Positions 22,856 through 33,171 of a stretch of DNA of 43,977 nt are shown in pieces. The notes under the pieces are model-generated. The model was not told the DNA's origin and did no database searches. It saw only the letters and a list, made by a program, of their open reading frames with translations. A program made the position numbers and the translations under genes. Each line of letters opens with the position of its first letter. Position 1 is the stretch's first letter. The stretch spans positions 23,274 through 67,250 of the forward strand of contig MERB01000016.1 of the NCBI GenBank assembly GCA_001770475.1, read 5' to 3'. The stretch comes from Betaproteobacteria bacterium RIFCSPLOWO2_02_FULL_66_14 (GTDB lineage: Bacteria > Pseudomonadota > Gammaproteobacteria > Burkholderiales > SG8-39).

Positions 22856-24241
22856 CTAGCCCGGTGCATGACGCAGGATGTGCGCCTTGACCGCCTGCGC
22901 ATCGACCGCGATCACCTCGTAGCATTGCGGACGTCGCTCCAGCGACTCGAACCCCGCGGGCCGGTCCGGTTCCCGGCCGAGCGCCTCGCGAATCGTTTCG
23001 CCGAACTTGGCAGGCAGCGCGGTCTCCAGGCACACCAGCGGCACGCCCGCCTCGCGATGCTCGAGCCCCACCTTGATTCCGCAGGCGGTGTGCGGATCGA
23101 CCACCACGCCGTGACGCCGGTGCACCTCGCGGATGGTCGCCAGGCGGTCTGCATGCGTACTGCGCCCGGAGACGAACGCCGATCCCGCGATGCGTTCGCC
23201 GAGCGCCGACAGGTCGAATTCGCCGCGCGCACCGAGTTCACGCCACAGCGCCTGGACGCGCGCGCCGTCGCGGCCGACGAGATCGAACACGTAGCGCTCG
23301 AAGTTGGACGCCTTCGAGATGTCCATCGACGGGCTCGAGGTCGCCTGCACGTCGCGGCGCACGCGGTAGCGGCCGCTGCGGAAGAACTCGTCGAGCACGT
23401 CGTTTTCGTTCGTGGCGAGAATCAGGCGCCGCAGCGGCAGGCCCATGGCGCGCGCAACGTAACCGGCGTAGACGTTGCCGAAATTGCCCGAAGGCACCGC
23501 GAACGACACTTCCTGGTGATTCGACGACGTGGCCGCGAAATAGCCCTTGAAGTAGTACACGACTTGCGCCGCGACCCGCGCCCAGTTGATCGAATTCACT
23601 GCGCCGATGTGGTGGCGCCGCTTGAACGGCGCATCGGCGTTGACCGCCTTCACGAGGTCCTGGCAGTCGTCGAAGCTTCCCTTCACCGCCAGGTTGTGGA
23701 TGTTCGGATCCTGCAGGCTGTACATCTGCGCCCGCTGGAATTCGCTCATGCGAGCGTGCGGCGAGAGCATGAACACCCGGATGCCGCGCTTGCCGCGCAT
23801 CGCGTGCTCCGCCGCAGAGCCCGTGTCGCCGGAGGTTGCGCCGAGAATGTTGAGCGTCGCGCCGCCACGCGAAAGCGCGTTCTCGAACAACTCGGCGAGG
23901 AGGCGCATCGCCACGTCCTTGAACGCGAGCGTCGGGCCGTTCGAAAGCCGCAGCAGGTGCAGCCCCGGCTCGAGCGTCGCGAGCGGGGTGACTTCTTCGC
24001 CGCCGAACGCGTCCGCGGAATAGGCGCGGGCGACGAGCGCCGGAAGCTCCGGAACGTCGTCCATGAACGGACGCAGCACCTCGCAGGCGAGATCCGGATA
24101 GCGCCTGCCGCGCAGCGCAGCGAGGTCGGCGCGCGGAATCGAATCCGGAACGTACAGCCCGCCGTCGGGAGCGAGGCCCTCGAGCAGGATTTCGCCGAAG
24201 CGCCGCGGCGGCGCCTCGCCGCGCGTGGAGACGTAGCGCAC
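22856..24241 (-). CDS. thrC: threonine synthase
   Basis: In ORF 22856..25096. The GTG start at 24241 ([12 protein letters not shown]) shares 1 nt with the hom stop. The PLP-Lys region is SNGPTLAFKDVAM, and GATSGDTGSAA is present. Confidence 0.93.
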   Translation of the reverse strand: MRYVSTRGEAPPRRFGEILLEGLAPDGGLYVPDSIPRADLAALRGRRYPDLACEVLRPFMDDVPELPALVARAYSADAFGGEEVTPLATLEPGLHLLRLSNGPTLAFKDVAMRLLAELFENALSRGGATLNILGATSGDTGSAAEHAMRGKRGIRVFMLSPHARMSEFQRAQMYSLQDPNIHNLAVKGSFDDCQDLVKAVNADAPFKRRHHIGAVNSINWARVAAQVVYYFKGYFAATSSNHQEVSFAVPSGNFGNVYAGYVARAMGLPLRRLILATNENDVLDEFFRSGRYRVRRDVQATSSPSMDISKASNFERYVFDLVGRDGARVQALWRELGARGEFDLSALGERIAGSAFVSGRSTHADRLATIREVHRRHGVVVDPHTACGIKVGLEHREAGVPLVCLETALPAKFGETIREALGREPDRPAGFESLERRPQCYEVIAVDAQAVKAHILRHAPG

Positions 24242-25578
24242 TAAAGCAGCTCTTCCAGCCGGATCCGCGTCACCTTGCCGAGCACCGTCGCGAGCTTCTC
24301 GATGCGCAGCATCGCGGCCTCGACGTTCTTTTCCAGCGCCAGGTGCGTGAGCATCACGATGTCGACCCGGCTCTCGCCCTCGCCCGGCTCCTTCTGCACC
24401 ATCGCGTCGATCGAAATGCCGGCGTCGGCGAGGATGCGCGTGATGTCCGCGAGCACCCCGGGCCGGTCGCGCACCCGCATGCGCAGGTAGTAAGACGTTT
24501 CCACCTCGCCGATCGGCAGGATCCGCTCGCCCGATAACCGGTCGGGCTGGAACGCGAGGTGCGGCACCCGGTGCTCCGGGTCCGCGGTGATGAGGCGCGT
24601 CACGTCGACCAGGTCGGCGACCACCGCGCTCGCGGTCGGCAGGCTGCCGGCGCCCGCGCCGTAGTAAAGCGTCGGACCGACCGCGTCGCCCTTCACCAGG
24701 ATCGCGTTCATGACGCCCTCGACGTTCGCGATCAGCTGCCTGGTCGGCACCAGCGTCGGATGCACGCGCAGCTCGATCCCCTTCTTCGCGCGGCGCGTGA
24801 TGCCCAGCAGTTTGATGCGATAGCCCAGTTCCTCGGCGTAGCGGATGTCCTGCGTGGTCAACGCCGAAATACCCTCGGTATAGGCGCGATCGAGCTGCAT
24901 CGGGATGCCGAACGCGAGCGCCGCGAGGATGGTCAGCTTGTGCGAGGCGTCGACGCCGTCGATGTCGAACGCCGGGTCCGCCTCGGCGTAGCCCCTGCGC
25001 TGCGCGTCCTTGAGCGCCGTGGCGAAAGGCAGCCCCTTGTCGCGCATTTCCGAAAGGATGAAGTTCGAGGTGCCGTTGATGATCCCGGCGATCCATTCGA
25101 TTCGGTTCGCCGTGAGTCCCTCGCGCAGCGCCTTGATGATCGGGACGCCGCCCGCGACCGCACCTTCGAACGCGACCATCACCCGCGCCTTCTGCGCGGC
25201 CGCGAAGATCTCGTTGCCGTGCCTGGCGAGCAGCGCCTTGTTCGCGGTCACGACGTGCTTGCCGTGAGCGATCGCATCGAGCACCAGTTCCTTCGCGATG
25301 CCGGTTCCGCCGATCAGCTCGATCACGATGTCGATGTCGCGCGCCCGCGTCACCTTCCGCGCATCCGCCGTCAGCCGTGCGCCCGCGCCAACGATCTTGC
25401 GCGCGCGTTCGAGCGCGGTGTCGGCGACGCGCGTGATGCGGATCGCGCGGCCTGCGCGGCGCTGGATCTCGTCGGCATTGCGCCCGAGCACTTCCCAGGT
25501 GCCGCGCCCCACCGTGCCGATGCCCAGCAGCCCGGCGTGGATCGGCCGCGCCCCGCGGATCGCGCGCGCGCGCCTCAA
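24241..25578 (-). CDS. hom: homoserine dehydrogenase
   Basis: In ORF 24241..26547. It has NAD-binding [11 protein letters not shown], a catalytic-domain match ([29 protein letters not shown]) and a C-terminal ACT domain ([22 protein letters not shown]). The proposed TTG start at 25578 overlaps the alaC stop (TTGA). The start codon is the uncertain part. Confidence 0.9.
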   Translation of the reverse strand: MRRARAIRGARPIHAGLLGIGTVGRGTWEVLGRNADEIQRRAGRAIRITRVADTALERARKIVGAGARLTADARKVTRARDIDIVIELIGGTGIAKELVLDAIAHGKHVVTANKALLARHGNEIFAAAQKARVMVAFEGAVAGGVPIIKALREGLTANRIEWIAGIINGTSNFILSEMRDKGLPFATALKDAQRRGYAEADPAFDIDGVDASHKLTILAALAFGIPMQLDRAYTEGISALTTQDIRYAEELGYRIKLLGITRRAKKGIELRVHPTLVPTRQLIANVEGVMNAILVKGDAVGPTLYYGAGAGSLPTASAVVADLVDVTRLITADPEHRVPHLAFQPDRLSGERILPIGEVETSYYLRMRVRDRPGVLADITRILADAGISIDAMVQKEPGEGESRVDIVMLTHLALEKNVEAAMLRIEKLATVLGKVTRIRLEELL

Positions 25579-26783
25579 GCCGCGCCTTTCAGCAACCCGT
25601 CCTTGCGGAACAGGTCGCGCACGCCGCGCAGCGCCTGGCGCAGCCGGTGATCGTTCTCGATCAGCGCGATGCGCACGTGATCGTCGCCGTAGTCGCCGAA
25701 ACCGATCCCCGGTGCGACCGCGATGCGCGCGTCCTGCAGCAGCCGCTTGGAGAATTCGATCGAACCGAGGCTCGCGTAGAACGGCGGGATCTTCGCCCAG
25801 ACGTACATCGAGGCCCGCGGGTTCTCGACCATCCAGCCGATCTCGTGCAGGCCGCGCACCATCACGTCGCGCCGGCGCTGGTAGGTCTCGCGCACTTCCT
25901 CGACGCAGTCCTGCGGCCCCTCGAGCGCGATGATCGAGGCGACCTGGATCGGCGTGAAGGTGCCGTAGTCGTGATAGCTCTTGATGCGCGCGAGCGCGTG
26001 CACCAGGTCGCGGTTGCCGACCATGAAACCGATGCGCCAGCCGGCCATGTTGTAGCTCTTGGAGAGCGTGAAGAACTCGACCGCGACTTCGCGCGCGCCG
26101 CTCACCTGCATGATCGAGGGCGCGCGGTTGTTCGGCCAGGCGCCGTCGAAACAGATGTCGGCGTAGGCCAGGTCGTGCACCACCAGGATGTCGTGCTGCC
26201 GCGCGATCGCGATCACGCGCTCGAAGAATTCCAGTTCGACGCATTGCGCGGTCGGATTGGACGGAAAGCCGATCACCAGCATCTTCGGCTTCGGGAACAG
26301 CTCGCCGATGGCGCGCTCGAGCTCGGCGAAGAAATCGACCCCCGGCGTCATGCGCACCGAGCGGATGTCGGCGCCGGCGATGATCGCGCCGTAGATGTGG
26401 ATCGGGTACGAGGGATTGGGCACCAGCACCGTGTCGCCGCGCTCCAGCGTCGCGAGCATCAGGTGCGCGAGCCCTTCCTTCGATCCGATGGTGACGATCG
26501 CCTCGGAATCCGGGTCGAATTCGACGTCGTAGCGCCGCCGGTACCATTCGCAGATCGCGCGCCGCAGGCGCGGAATGCCCTTCGAGACCGAGTAGCCGTG
26601 CGTATCCTGGCGCTGCGCCGCCTCGACCAGTTTGTCGACGATGTGCTTCGGCGTCGGCCCGTCCGGATTTCCCATCGACAGATCGATGATGTCCTCGCCG
26701 CGACGGCGCGCCGCCATTTTCAGCTCGGCAGTGATGTTGAAGACGTACGGCGGCAGGCGGCGGATGCGCGAAAACTCTCTCAT
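25575..26783 (-). CDS. alaC: class I/II aminotransferase, AlaC-type glutamate-pyruvate aminotransferase
   Basis: 402 aa. It reads [37 protein letters not shown]...[12 protein letters not shown]...NPSYPIHIY...[12 protein letters not shown], which closely recalls E. coli AlaC (YfdZ). Confidence 0.88.
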   Translation of the reverse strand: MREFSRIRRLPPYVFNITAELKMAARRRGEDIIDLSMGNPDGPTPKHIVDKLVEAAQRQDTHGYSVSKGIPRLRRAICEWYRRRYDVEFDPDSEAIVTIGSKEGLAHLMLATLERGDTVLVPNPSYPIHIYGAIIAGADIRSVRMTPGVDFFAELERAIGELFPKPKMLVIGFPSNPTAQCVELEFFERVIAIARQHDILVVHDLAYADICFDGAWPNNRAPSIMQVSGAREVAVEFFTLSKSYNMAGWRIGFMVGNRDLVHALARIKSYHDYGTFTPIQVASIIALEGPQDCVEEVRETYQRRRDVMVRGLHEIGWMVENPRASMYVWAKIPPFYASLGSIEFSKRLLQDARIAVAPGIGFGDYGDDHVRIALIENDHRLRQALRGVRDLFRKDGLLKGAA

Positions 26784-26801
26784 GACGCTAGAATTCTAGC
26801 A

Positions 26802-27182
26802 GTGAAACTCACGCCTTCCGGCCCGCTTCCCGGCCACTCCGCGCTCAACCTCATCAACGGATACGGCAGCGGCTACGTCCTCGTCAACAACGCGCGACAC
26901 GAGGCAAACCTGATCGTGCTGCCCGAGCGCGTTCTCGCCTGGAGCGCGCAGAGTTTCGATGCGCTCGCGGTGGCCGACTTCGAGCGCCTCGCGGAACTCG
27001 ATCTGGAAATCGTGCTGCTCGGCACCGGCGCGCGCCTGCGGTTTCCGCGGCCCGAGCTGACGCGGCCGCTCGTCGCCGCGCGCATCGGGCTCGAAGTGAT
27101 GGACCTTCAGGCGGCCTGCCGCACCTACAACTTCCTGATGGCGGAATCGCGCAAGGTGGCTGCGGCGCTGCTGTTCGCATGA
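26802..27182 (+). CDS. Mth938-like (DUF498) domain protein
   Basis: This is the tail of ORF 25647..27182, with a GTG at 26802 (VKLTPSGPLPGHSALNLINGYGSGYVLVNNARHEANLIVLPE...LLGTGARLRFP...GLEVMD..AACRTYN). Confidence 0.7.
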   Translation: MKLTPSGPLPGHSALNLINGYGSGYVLVNNARHEANLIVLPERVLAWSAQSFDALAVADFERLAELDLEIVLLGTGARLRFPRPELTRPLVAARIGLEVMDLQAACRTYNFLMAESRKVAAALLFA

Positions 27183-28828
27183 TCGCGGCGCGGCGCGGCG
27201 TCGTCGCGGCGCTCGCGCTCGTCCTCGCGCTCGCCTGGTTCGCCGGTCTGGACCATCGCAAGCTGATCAAGCCCGACGAGGGCCGCTACGGGGAAATTCC
27301 GCGCGAAATGGTCGCGAGCGGCGACTGGCTCACGCCGCGCCTGAACGGATTCAAGTACTTCGAAAAGCCGCCCTTGCAGTACTGGACGACGGCTGCCGCG
27401 TACCGGCTGTTCGGCGTCGGCGAATGGCAGACGCGGCTCTGGACCGCGCTCACCGCCTTCGGGGGCATCGTCCTGGCCGGATTTGCTGCCGCCCGGCTGT
27501 ACGGCGCTACGGCAGGCGTGCTCGCCGCCGCAGTGCTCGCGGGCAGCGCGCTCTACGTGGTCACGGGTCACCTCGCGTCGCTCGATGCGGGCGTCGCGTT
27601 CTTTCTCTCGTTGGCGGTGTTCGCGATCCTGCTGGCCCAACGCGAGGAAGCCGGCGAATCCTCGCGCCTGCGCTGGATGCTCGCGGCGTGGTCCGCGGCT
27701 GCGCTCGCGGTACTGTCCAAGGGGCTCATCGGAATCGTGCTCCCGGTTGCCGCGCTCGCAACCTACCTGCTGTGGCAGCGCGACTGGCGAACGGCGCGCC
27801 GCCTGCACGCGGGGGCCGGGAGCGCGCTTTTCCTCGCGCTGAGCGCGCCCTGGTTCGTCGCCGTGTCGCTCGCCAACCCGGAATTCTTCCGCTTCTTCTT
27901 CATCCACGAGCATTTCGAGCGGTTCCTCACCAAGGTCCATGGACGCTACGAGCCGCCGTGGTACTTCGTGCCGGTGCTCGCGGTCGGGATCCTGCCCTGG
28001 TTGCCGGCGCTGCCCGGCGCCGTCGTGGCCGCGTTTCGGACTGCCGAACCGGGGCGGTTCCGGCCGCTGCGCTGGCTGCTCGCGTGGTGCGCCGTCGTGT
28101 TCGTCTTCTTTTCGGTTTCGGGCTCGAAGCTGCCTTCGTACATCCTGCCGATGTTCCCGGCGCTCGCGGTGCTGATCGGCCGGCACCTGCAGCAGGCGTC
28201 CCGACGATTGCTCGCAGTGCAGGCGGGCGTCGCGATCCTGGTCGGGCTGGCGATCGTCGCGTTCGGGTCAGGGCTTTCCGATCGCGCGAGCGGCAGGTAC
28301 TCGCCCGGGCAGATCGAGGCCTATCTCGAGTGGATCCTTGCCGCCGGAGGCGTGCTTGCGGCCGCTTCCGCTGCGGCGCTCTGGCTCGCCTGGCGGCGAC
28401 GGACGCTCGCCTCGGTGATCGCGCTTGCGCTCGCCGGCCTCGCGAGCACCCAACTGCTCCTGCTCGGACACGAATCGCTCGCGCCGGCGTATTCTGCGTA
28501 TCATCTCGCGCAACGCGCCCGGCCGGCGATCGGCGACGGCGTGCCACTGTATGCCGTCGACCTCTTCGACCACACCATTCCGTTCTATTTCGAAAGGACC
28601 GTGACCATGGTCGGCTACCGCGACGAGCTGGCGGCCGCGATTTCGTGGGAGCCGCAGAAGTTCCTGCCGGACGTGGCGGCCTTTGCCGCCGCCTGGCGCA
28701 CGCAACCGAAGGCGGCGGCGATCTTTCGCACGGGAGATTTCGAACGCATCGCCGCCGAGTACTCGCTGCCGGCGGAGATCGTGGCGCGCGATGCGCGTTT
28801 CGTGGTCGTCCGGAAGCCCGGACCATGA
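27179..28828 (+). CDS. arnT: 4-amino-4-deoxy-L-arabinose (L-Ara4N) lipid A transferase, GT39/ArnT family
   Basis: 549 aa and polytopic. The N-terminal signature is KPDEGRYGEIPREMVASGDWLTPRLNGFKYFEKPPLQYW. It heads an arn gene cluster. Confidence 0.88.
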   Translation: MIAARRGVVAALALVLALAWFAGLDHRKLIKPDEGRYGEIPREMVASGDWLTPRLNGFKYFEKPPLQYWTTAAAYRLFGVGEWQTRLWTALTAFGGIVLAGFAAARLYGATAGVLAAAVLAGSALYVVTGHLASLDAGVAFFLSLAVFAILLAQREEAGESSRLRWMLAAWSAAALAVLSKGLIGIVLPVAALATYLLWQRDWRTARRLHAGAGSALFLALSAPWFVAVSLANPEFFRFFFIHEHFERFLTKVHGRYEPPWYFVPVLAVGILPWLPALPGAVVAAFRTAEPGRFRPLRWLLAWCAVVFVFFSVSGSKLPSYILPMFPALAVLIGRHLQQASRRLLAVQAGVAILVGLAIVAFGSGLSDRASGRYSPGQIEAYLEWILAAGGVLAAASAAALWLAWRRRTLASVIALALAGLASTQLLLLGHESLAPAYSAYHLAQRARPAIGDGVPLYAVDLFDHTIPFYFERTVTMVGYRDELAAAISWEPQKFLPDVAAFAAAWRTQPKAAAIFRTGDFERIAAEYSLPAEIVARDARFVVVRKPGP

Positions 28829-29196
28829 GCCCGGTCAGCCTCGGGCTCATTCTCGGCGGCGTGCTGCTCAACGCCGTGGCGCAACTGCTTCTGAAGGCGG
28901 GAACCAACGCCATCGGCCATTTCGAATTCAGCGCCGGCAACGTCGTGCCGGTCGGCTTGAGGCTCGCGTTCGAACCCCACATCCTCGGCGGCGTCGCCTG
29001 CTACGTCGTCAGCCTCGTGGTCTGGATACTCGGCCTGTCGCGCGTCGAGGTGAGCATCGCGTATCCGATGCTCTCGCTCGGCTACGTGATCAACGCGGTC
29101 GCCGCCTGGTACCTGTTCGGCGAATCGCTGACCGCGGTGCGCATGGCCGGAATCGGATTCATCATCGTGGGCGTGGTCCTGGTGGCGCGAAGCTGA
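28825..29196 (+). CDS. small EamA/SMR-like membrane protein, ArnE/ArnF-type L-Ara4N-undecaprenyl phosphate flippase subunit
   Basis: In ORF 27424..29196. The ATG at 28825 overlaps the arnT stop (ATGA). It is 123 aa with 4 TM segments (LNAVAQLLLKAG...AYPMLSLGYVINAVAAWYLFGE). Confidence 0.75.
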   Translation: MSPVSLGLILGGVLLNAVAQLLLKAGTNAIGHFEFSAGNVVPVGLRLAFEPHILGGVACYVVSLVVWILGLSRVEVSIAYPMLSLGYVINAVAAWYLFGESLTAVRMAGIGFIIVGVVLVARS

Positions 29197-30299
29197 TGCA
29201 GATGCTCCCTTTCACCCGGCCCTCGATCGACGAGCAGACGATCGAAGGCGTTGCCGAGGTGCTGCGTTCCGGCTGGATCACCTCGGGGCCGCAGGTGAAG
29301 GCGTTCGAAGCGGCGCTGTCGCAGCATTGCGGCGGCAGGAGCGTGCGCACGTTCTGCTCCGGCACGGCGGCGCTCGAAGTGGCGCTGCGGCTTGCCGGAA
29401 TCGGCGCCGGCGACGAGGTGATCACGACGCCGCTGTCCTGGGTCGCGACCGCCAACGTGGTGCTCGAGGTCGGGGCGCGCCCGGTGTTCGCGGACGTCGA
29501 TCCGCGCAGCCGCAACCTCGATCTCGACGCGGCGGAAGCCGCGATCACGCGGGCGACGCGCGCGATCCTGCCGGTGGACCTCGCCGGGCTGCCGGTGCCG
29601 CGCGATCGCCTCTACGCCATCGCCGAACGGCACGGCCTGCGCGTCATCGAGGATGCCGCCCAATCTTTCGGCGCACGCTCGCGGGGCCGGCCGATCGGAT
29701 CCTTCGGCGACCTCGTCGCGTTCAGCTTTCACGCCAACAAGAACGTCACCACGGCCGAGGGCGGCGCCGTGGTGCTCCCCGATCCGGGACTCGCGAGCCT
29801 GTGCGAACGGCTGCGCCTGCAGGGCGTAGTGCGCTCGGGCGAGGACGGCATGGAGGTGGAGGTGCTCGGCGGCAAGTGGAACCTGACCGACGTCGCCGCG
29901 CGCATCGGCCTGGGGCAGCTCGCCCGGCTCGAGGAGTTCACGGCACGCCGGCACGCGCTCGCGCGCCGCTATTTCGCGCAATGGGATCGGACGCTCGGCT
30001 GCGGGCTTCCGGTCGAGGACTTCGACGAAAGCAACTGGCACATGTTCCAGGTGACCCTGCCGGAAGGCGCCGACCGCGCCGCGTTCATCGCGGAGATGCG
30101 CGGCCTGGGGATCGGCGTCGGCGTGCACTATCCGGCGATGCACCTGTTCGCCCTCTACCGCGCGCTGGGCTGGAGGGCCGGACAGTTTCTTCAGGCCGAA
30201 CGCATCGGCCGCTCGATCGTCACGCTGCCGCTTTTTCCGGCGATGGCGGACGCAGATGTCGATCGCGTTTGCGCAGCGGCGCGCAAGGTGCTTGCATGA
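29196..30299 (+). CDS. arnB: UDP-4-amino-4-deoxy-L-arabinose--oxoglutarate aminotransferase (DegT/DnrJ/EryC1 family)
   Basis: In ORF 28683..30299. The start MQMLPFTRPSIDE overlaps the upstream stop by 1 nt. It has the SGWITSGP motif and the PLP-Lys context FSFHANKNVTTAEGG. Confidence 0.9.
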   Translation: MQMLPFTRPSIDEQTIEGVAEVLRSGWITSGPQVKAFEAALSQHCGGRSVRTFCSGTAALEVALRLAGIGAGDEVITTPLSWVATANVVLEVGARPVFADVDPRSRNLDLDAAEAAITRATRAILPVDLAGLPVPRDRLYAIAERHGLRVIEDAAQSFGARSRGRPIGSFGDLVAFSFHANKNVTTAEGGAVVLPDPGLASLCERLRLQGVVRSGEDGMEVEVLGGKWNLTDVAARIGLGQLARLEEFTARRHALARRYFAQWDRTLGCGLPVEDFDESNWHMFQVTLPEGADRAAFIAEMRGLGIGVGVHYPAMHLFALYRALGWRAGQFLQAERIGRSIVTLPLFPAMADADVDRVCAAARKVLA

Positions 30300-31252
30300 G
30301 CGCGATCGAGCTTTCCGTGGTGATCCCGGTGTTCGACGAGGAGGCCGGGCTGCCGGCGCTGTTCGAGCGGCTGTATCCGGCGCTCGATTCACTCGGCTTG
30401 CGCTACGAAGTGATTTTCGTCGACGACGGCAGCCGAGACCGCTCTGCCCAGGTCCTGCGCGAGCAGTTTGCGCGGCGCGCAGACGTGACCCGCGTCGTGC
30501 TGCTCGCGGCCAACTTCGGGCAGCACATGGCGATCCTCGCCGCGTTCGAGCGCTCGCGCGGCGGGACCGTGGTGACCCTCGACGCCGACCTGCAGAATCC
30601 GCCCGAGGAAATCGGCAAGCTGCTCGAGGCGATCCGCGCGGGGCACGACTACGTCGGCAGCTACCGGCACGAGCGCGAGGACAGCGCCTTCCGCCGCATC
30701 GCGTCGCGAATGATCAACTCGCTTCGCGAACGCACCACGGACATCCGCATGACCGACCACGGCTGCATGCTGCGGGCCTACGCCCGGGGCGTGGTGGACG
30801 CCATCAACCAGTCGCGCGAAACCAACGCCTTCGTCCCCGCCCTCGCCTACACCTTCGCGCGCCGCCCGACCGAAATCGAGGTCGCGCACGCGCCGCGCGC
30901 CGCCGGCGAATCGAAGTATTCGCTGTATCGGCTGATCCAGCTCAATTTCGACCTGATGACCGGGTTTTCCGCGAAGCCTCTGCAGATCTATTCGCTGTTC
31001 GGAATGCTGGTGTCGGTCGGCTCGATCGCCACCTACGTGATCGTGCTCGGCAAGCGGCTCCTGGAGGGCGATTCGTTCGGTCGCGCGATCGCGGTCATCT
31101 GGGACCGTGACATCCTGCAGTTCCTGCTCATCGGCGTGACGCTCTTCGGCATCGGGCTGCTCGGCGAATACGTCTCCCGAATCATCGAGCAGGTGCGCGG
31201 CCGGCCGCGCTACCTGGTGCGCGCGGTGATCGAGCGTGACCCTCCGGCCTGA
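30296..31252 (+). CDS. arnC: undecaprenyl-phosphate 4-deoxy-4-formamido-L-arabinose transferase (GT2)
   Basis: In ORF 29327..31252. The ATG at 30296 overlaps the arnB stop (ATGA). It reads LSVVIPVFDEE...VIFVDDGSRD...TLDADLQNPPEEI and has two C-terminal TM helices. Confidence 0.9.
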   Translation: MSAIELSVVIPVFDEEAGLPALFERLYPALDSLGLRYEVIFVDDGSRDRSAQVLREQFARRADVTRVVLLAANFGQHMAILAAFERSRGGTVVTLDADLQNPPEEIGKLLEAIRAGHDYVGSYRHEREDSAFRRIASRMINSLRERTTDIRMTDHGCMLRAYARGVVDAINQSRETNAFVPALAYTFARRPTEIEVAHAPRAAGESKYSLYRLIQLNFDLMTGFSAKPLQIYSLFGMLVSVGSIATYVIVLGKRLLEGDSFGRAIAVIWDRDILQFLLIGVTLFGIGLLGEYVSRIIEQVRGRPRYLVRAVIERDPPA

Positions 31253-31255
31253 GCG

Positions 31256-32122
31256 ATGCCCGTCCGCGCCGCGGTCTTCGCCTACCACGACGTCGGCGTG
31301 CGCTGCCTGGGCGTGCTGCTCGCTGCGGGCGTCGAAGTCCCGCTGGTGGTCACGCACCGCGACGATCCCGGCGAGCGCATCTGGTTCGCGAGCGTCGCTG
31401 AACTCGCCGCCCGGCACGGTATCGAGACTCTCACTCCGGAGGATCCGGACACTCCCGAATTGATGGCGCGGCTGCGAGCGCTGGCGCCGGATTTCCTCTT
31501 CTCCTTCTACTACCGGCGCATGCTTTCGCCCGAACTCCTCGCCGTCGCCGGTCGCGGCGCGTTCAACCTGCACGGCTCGCTGCTGCCGCGGTATCGCGGC
31601 CGTGCGCCCGTCAACTGGGCGGTGCTGCGCGGAGAAACCGAAACCGGCGCGACGCTGCACGAGATGGTCGCAAAGCCCGATGCGGGACGGATCGTCGACC
31701 AGGAGCCGGTCCCGATCGGACCGGAGGATCTCGCGGTCGAAGTGTTCCGACGCGTCACCGAGGCAGCCGAAACGGTCCTGCGCCGCAGCCTGCCCGGACT
31801 GATCGCCGGCACCACCGCGTTTCGGGCGCAAGATCTCTCGAAAGGCAGCTACTTCGGCGGCCGCAAGCCGGAGGACGGCCGCATCGACTGGCGGCGCAGC
31901 GCAGCCGAGATTCACAACCTGGTGCGCGCCGTGGCGCCGCCTTTTCCGGGCGCGTTCACCGAGATCGGCGGCGCCAGCCTGATGATCCATCGCACGCGCC
32001 GCGAGCCCGGGCGCACGGCGCCGCAGGCGGTTTCCGGCCCGTTCCGCGAGGGCGATGCGTGGTTCGCGGCCTGCGGCGATGGTACAGTCCTGCGCCTGCT
32101 CGAAGTCGAACTCAAACCATGA
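31256..32122 (+). CDS. arnA: UDP-L-Ara4N formyltransferase (stand-alone ArnA N-terminal domain)
   Basis: 288 aa. The formyltransferase motifs are FNLHGSLLPRYRGRAPVNWAV and TLHEMVAKPDAGRIV. Confidence 0.88.
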   Translation: MPVRAAVFAYHDVGVRCLGVLLAAGVEVPLVVTHRDDPGERIWFASVAELAARHGIETLTPEDPDTPELMARLRALAPDFLFSFYYRRMLSPELLAVAGRGAFNLHGSLLPRYRGRAPVNWAVLRGETETGATLHEMVAKPDAGRIVDQEPVPIGPEDLAVEVFRRVTEAAETVLRRSLPGLIAGTTAFRAQDLSKGSYFGGRKPEDGRIDWRRSAAEIHNLVRAVAPPFPGAFTEIGGASLMIHRTRREPGRTAPQAVSGPFREGDAWFAACGDGTVLRLLEVELKP

Positions 32123-33162
32123 AACGCGTCCTCATTCTCGGCGTCAACGGATTCATCGGCCACCATCTCTCGCGCCGCATTCTCGAGACGACGAGCTGGG
32201 AGGTCTACGGCATGGACATGCAGACCGACCGCGTCGACGGCCTGCTCGCCGAGAAGCGCTTCCATTTCTTCGAAGGCGACATCACCATCAACCGCGAGTG
32301 GATCGAGTATCACGTGCGCAAGTGCGACACCGTGATCCCGTTGGTCGCGATCGCCACGCCCGCGCTGTACGTAAAACAGCCGCTGCGAGTGTTCGAGCTC
32401 GATTTCGAGGCCAATCTGCCGATCGTGCGCGCCTGCGTGCAGCACGGCAAACGGCTCATCTTTCCGTCGACTTCCGAGGTCTACGGCATGTCGCCGGACC
32501 GCGAGTTCGATCCCGAGACCTCGCCCCTGGTTTACGGCCCGATCGGCAAGCCGCGCTGGATCTACGCCTGCGCCAAGCAGCTGATGGACCGGGTGATCTG
32601 GGCCTATGGCGCCGAGCGCGGACTCGACTACACGCTGTTCCGGCCGTTCAACTGGATCGGCTCGGGGCTCGATTCGATCAACACGCCGAAGGAAGGCAGT
32701 TCGCGCGTGGTGACGCAGTTCTTCGGCCACATCGTGCGGGGCGAAACCATTCACCTGGTGGACGGTGGACGGCAGACGCGCGCCTTCACCTACATCGACG
32801 ACGGCATCGACGCGCTGATGAGCGTCATCGAAAACCGCGGCGGGGTCGCCTCGGGAAAGATCTACAACATCGGCAATCCGCGCAACAACGTCTCGGTGGC
32901 CGCGCTCGCGCGCGCCATGGTGAAGCTCGCGCTGGAGTACCCCGAGTACCGTGCTGCCGCGCGCAAGGTGCGCATCGTGAAGACGCGAGCCTGCGACTAC
33001 TACGGCCGCGGCTACCAGGACGTGCAGCACCGCGTGCCACGGATCACCAACACGCGGCGCGATCTCGCCTGGCGGCCGCGAGTCGGCATGAGCGACGCGT
33101 TGCGGCGCATTTTCGACTCCTACCGCACACAGGTGCGCGAAGCACGGCGCCTGGTCGACTGA
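32119..33162 (+). CDS. arnA: UDP-glucuronate oxidative decarboxylase (stand-alone ArnA C-terminal SDR domain)
   Basis: In ORF 32059..33162. The ATG at 32119 overlaps the upstream stop (ATGA). It has the Rossmann motif VLILGVNGFIGHHL, PSTSEVYG and YACAKQLMD (YxxxK). Confidence 0.88.
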   Translation: MKRVLILGVNGFIGHHLSRRILETTSWEVYGMDMQTDRVDGLLAEKRFHFFEGDITINREWIEYHVRKCDTVIPLVAIATPALYVKQPLRVFELDFEANLPIVRACVQHGKRLIFPSTSEVYGMSPDREFDPETSPLVYGPIGKPRWIYACAKQLMDRVIWAYGAERGLDYTLFRPFNWIGSGLDSINTPKEGSSRVVTQFFGHIVRGETIHLVDGGRQTRAFTYIDDGIDALMSVIENRGGVASGKIYNIGNPRNNVSVAALARAMVKLALEYPEYRAAARKVRIVKTRACDYYGRGYQDVQHRVPRITNTRRDLAWRPRVGMSDALRRIFDSYRTQVREARRLVD

Positions 33163-33171
33163 ATCCCCGGA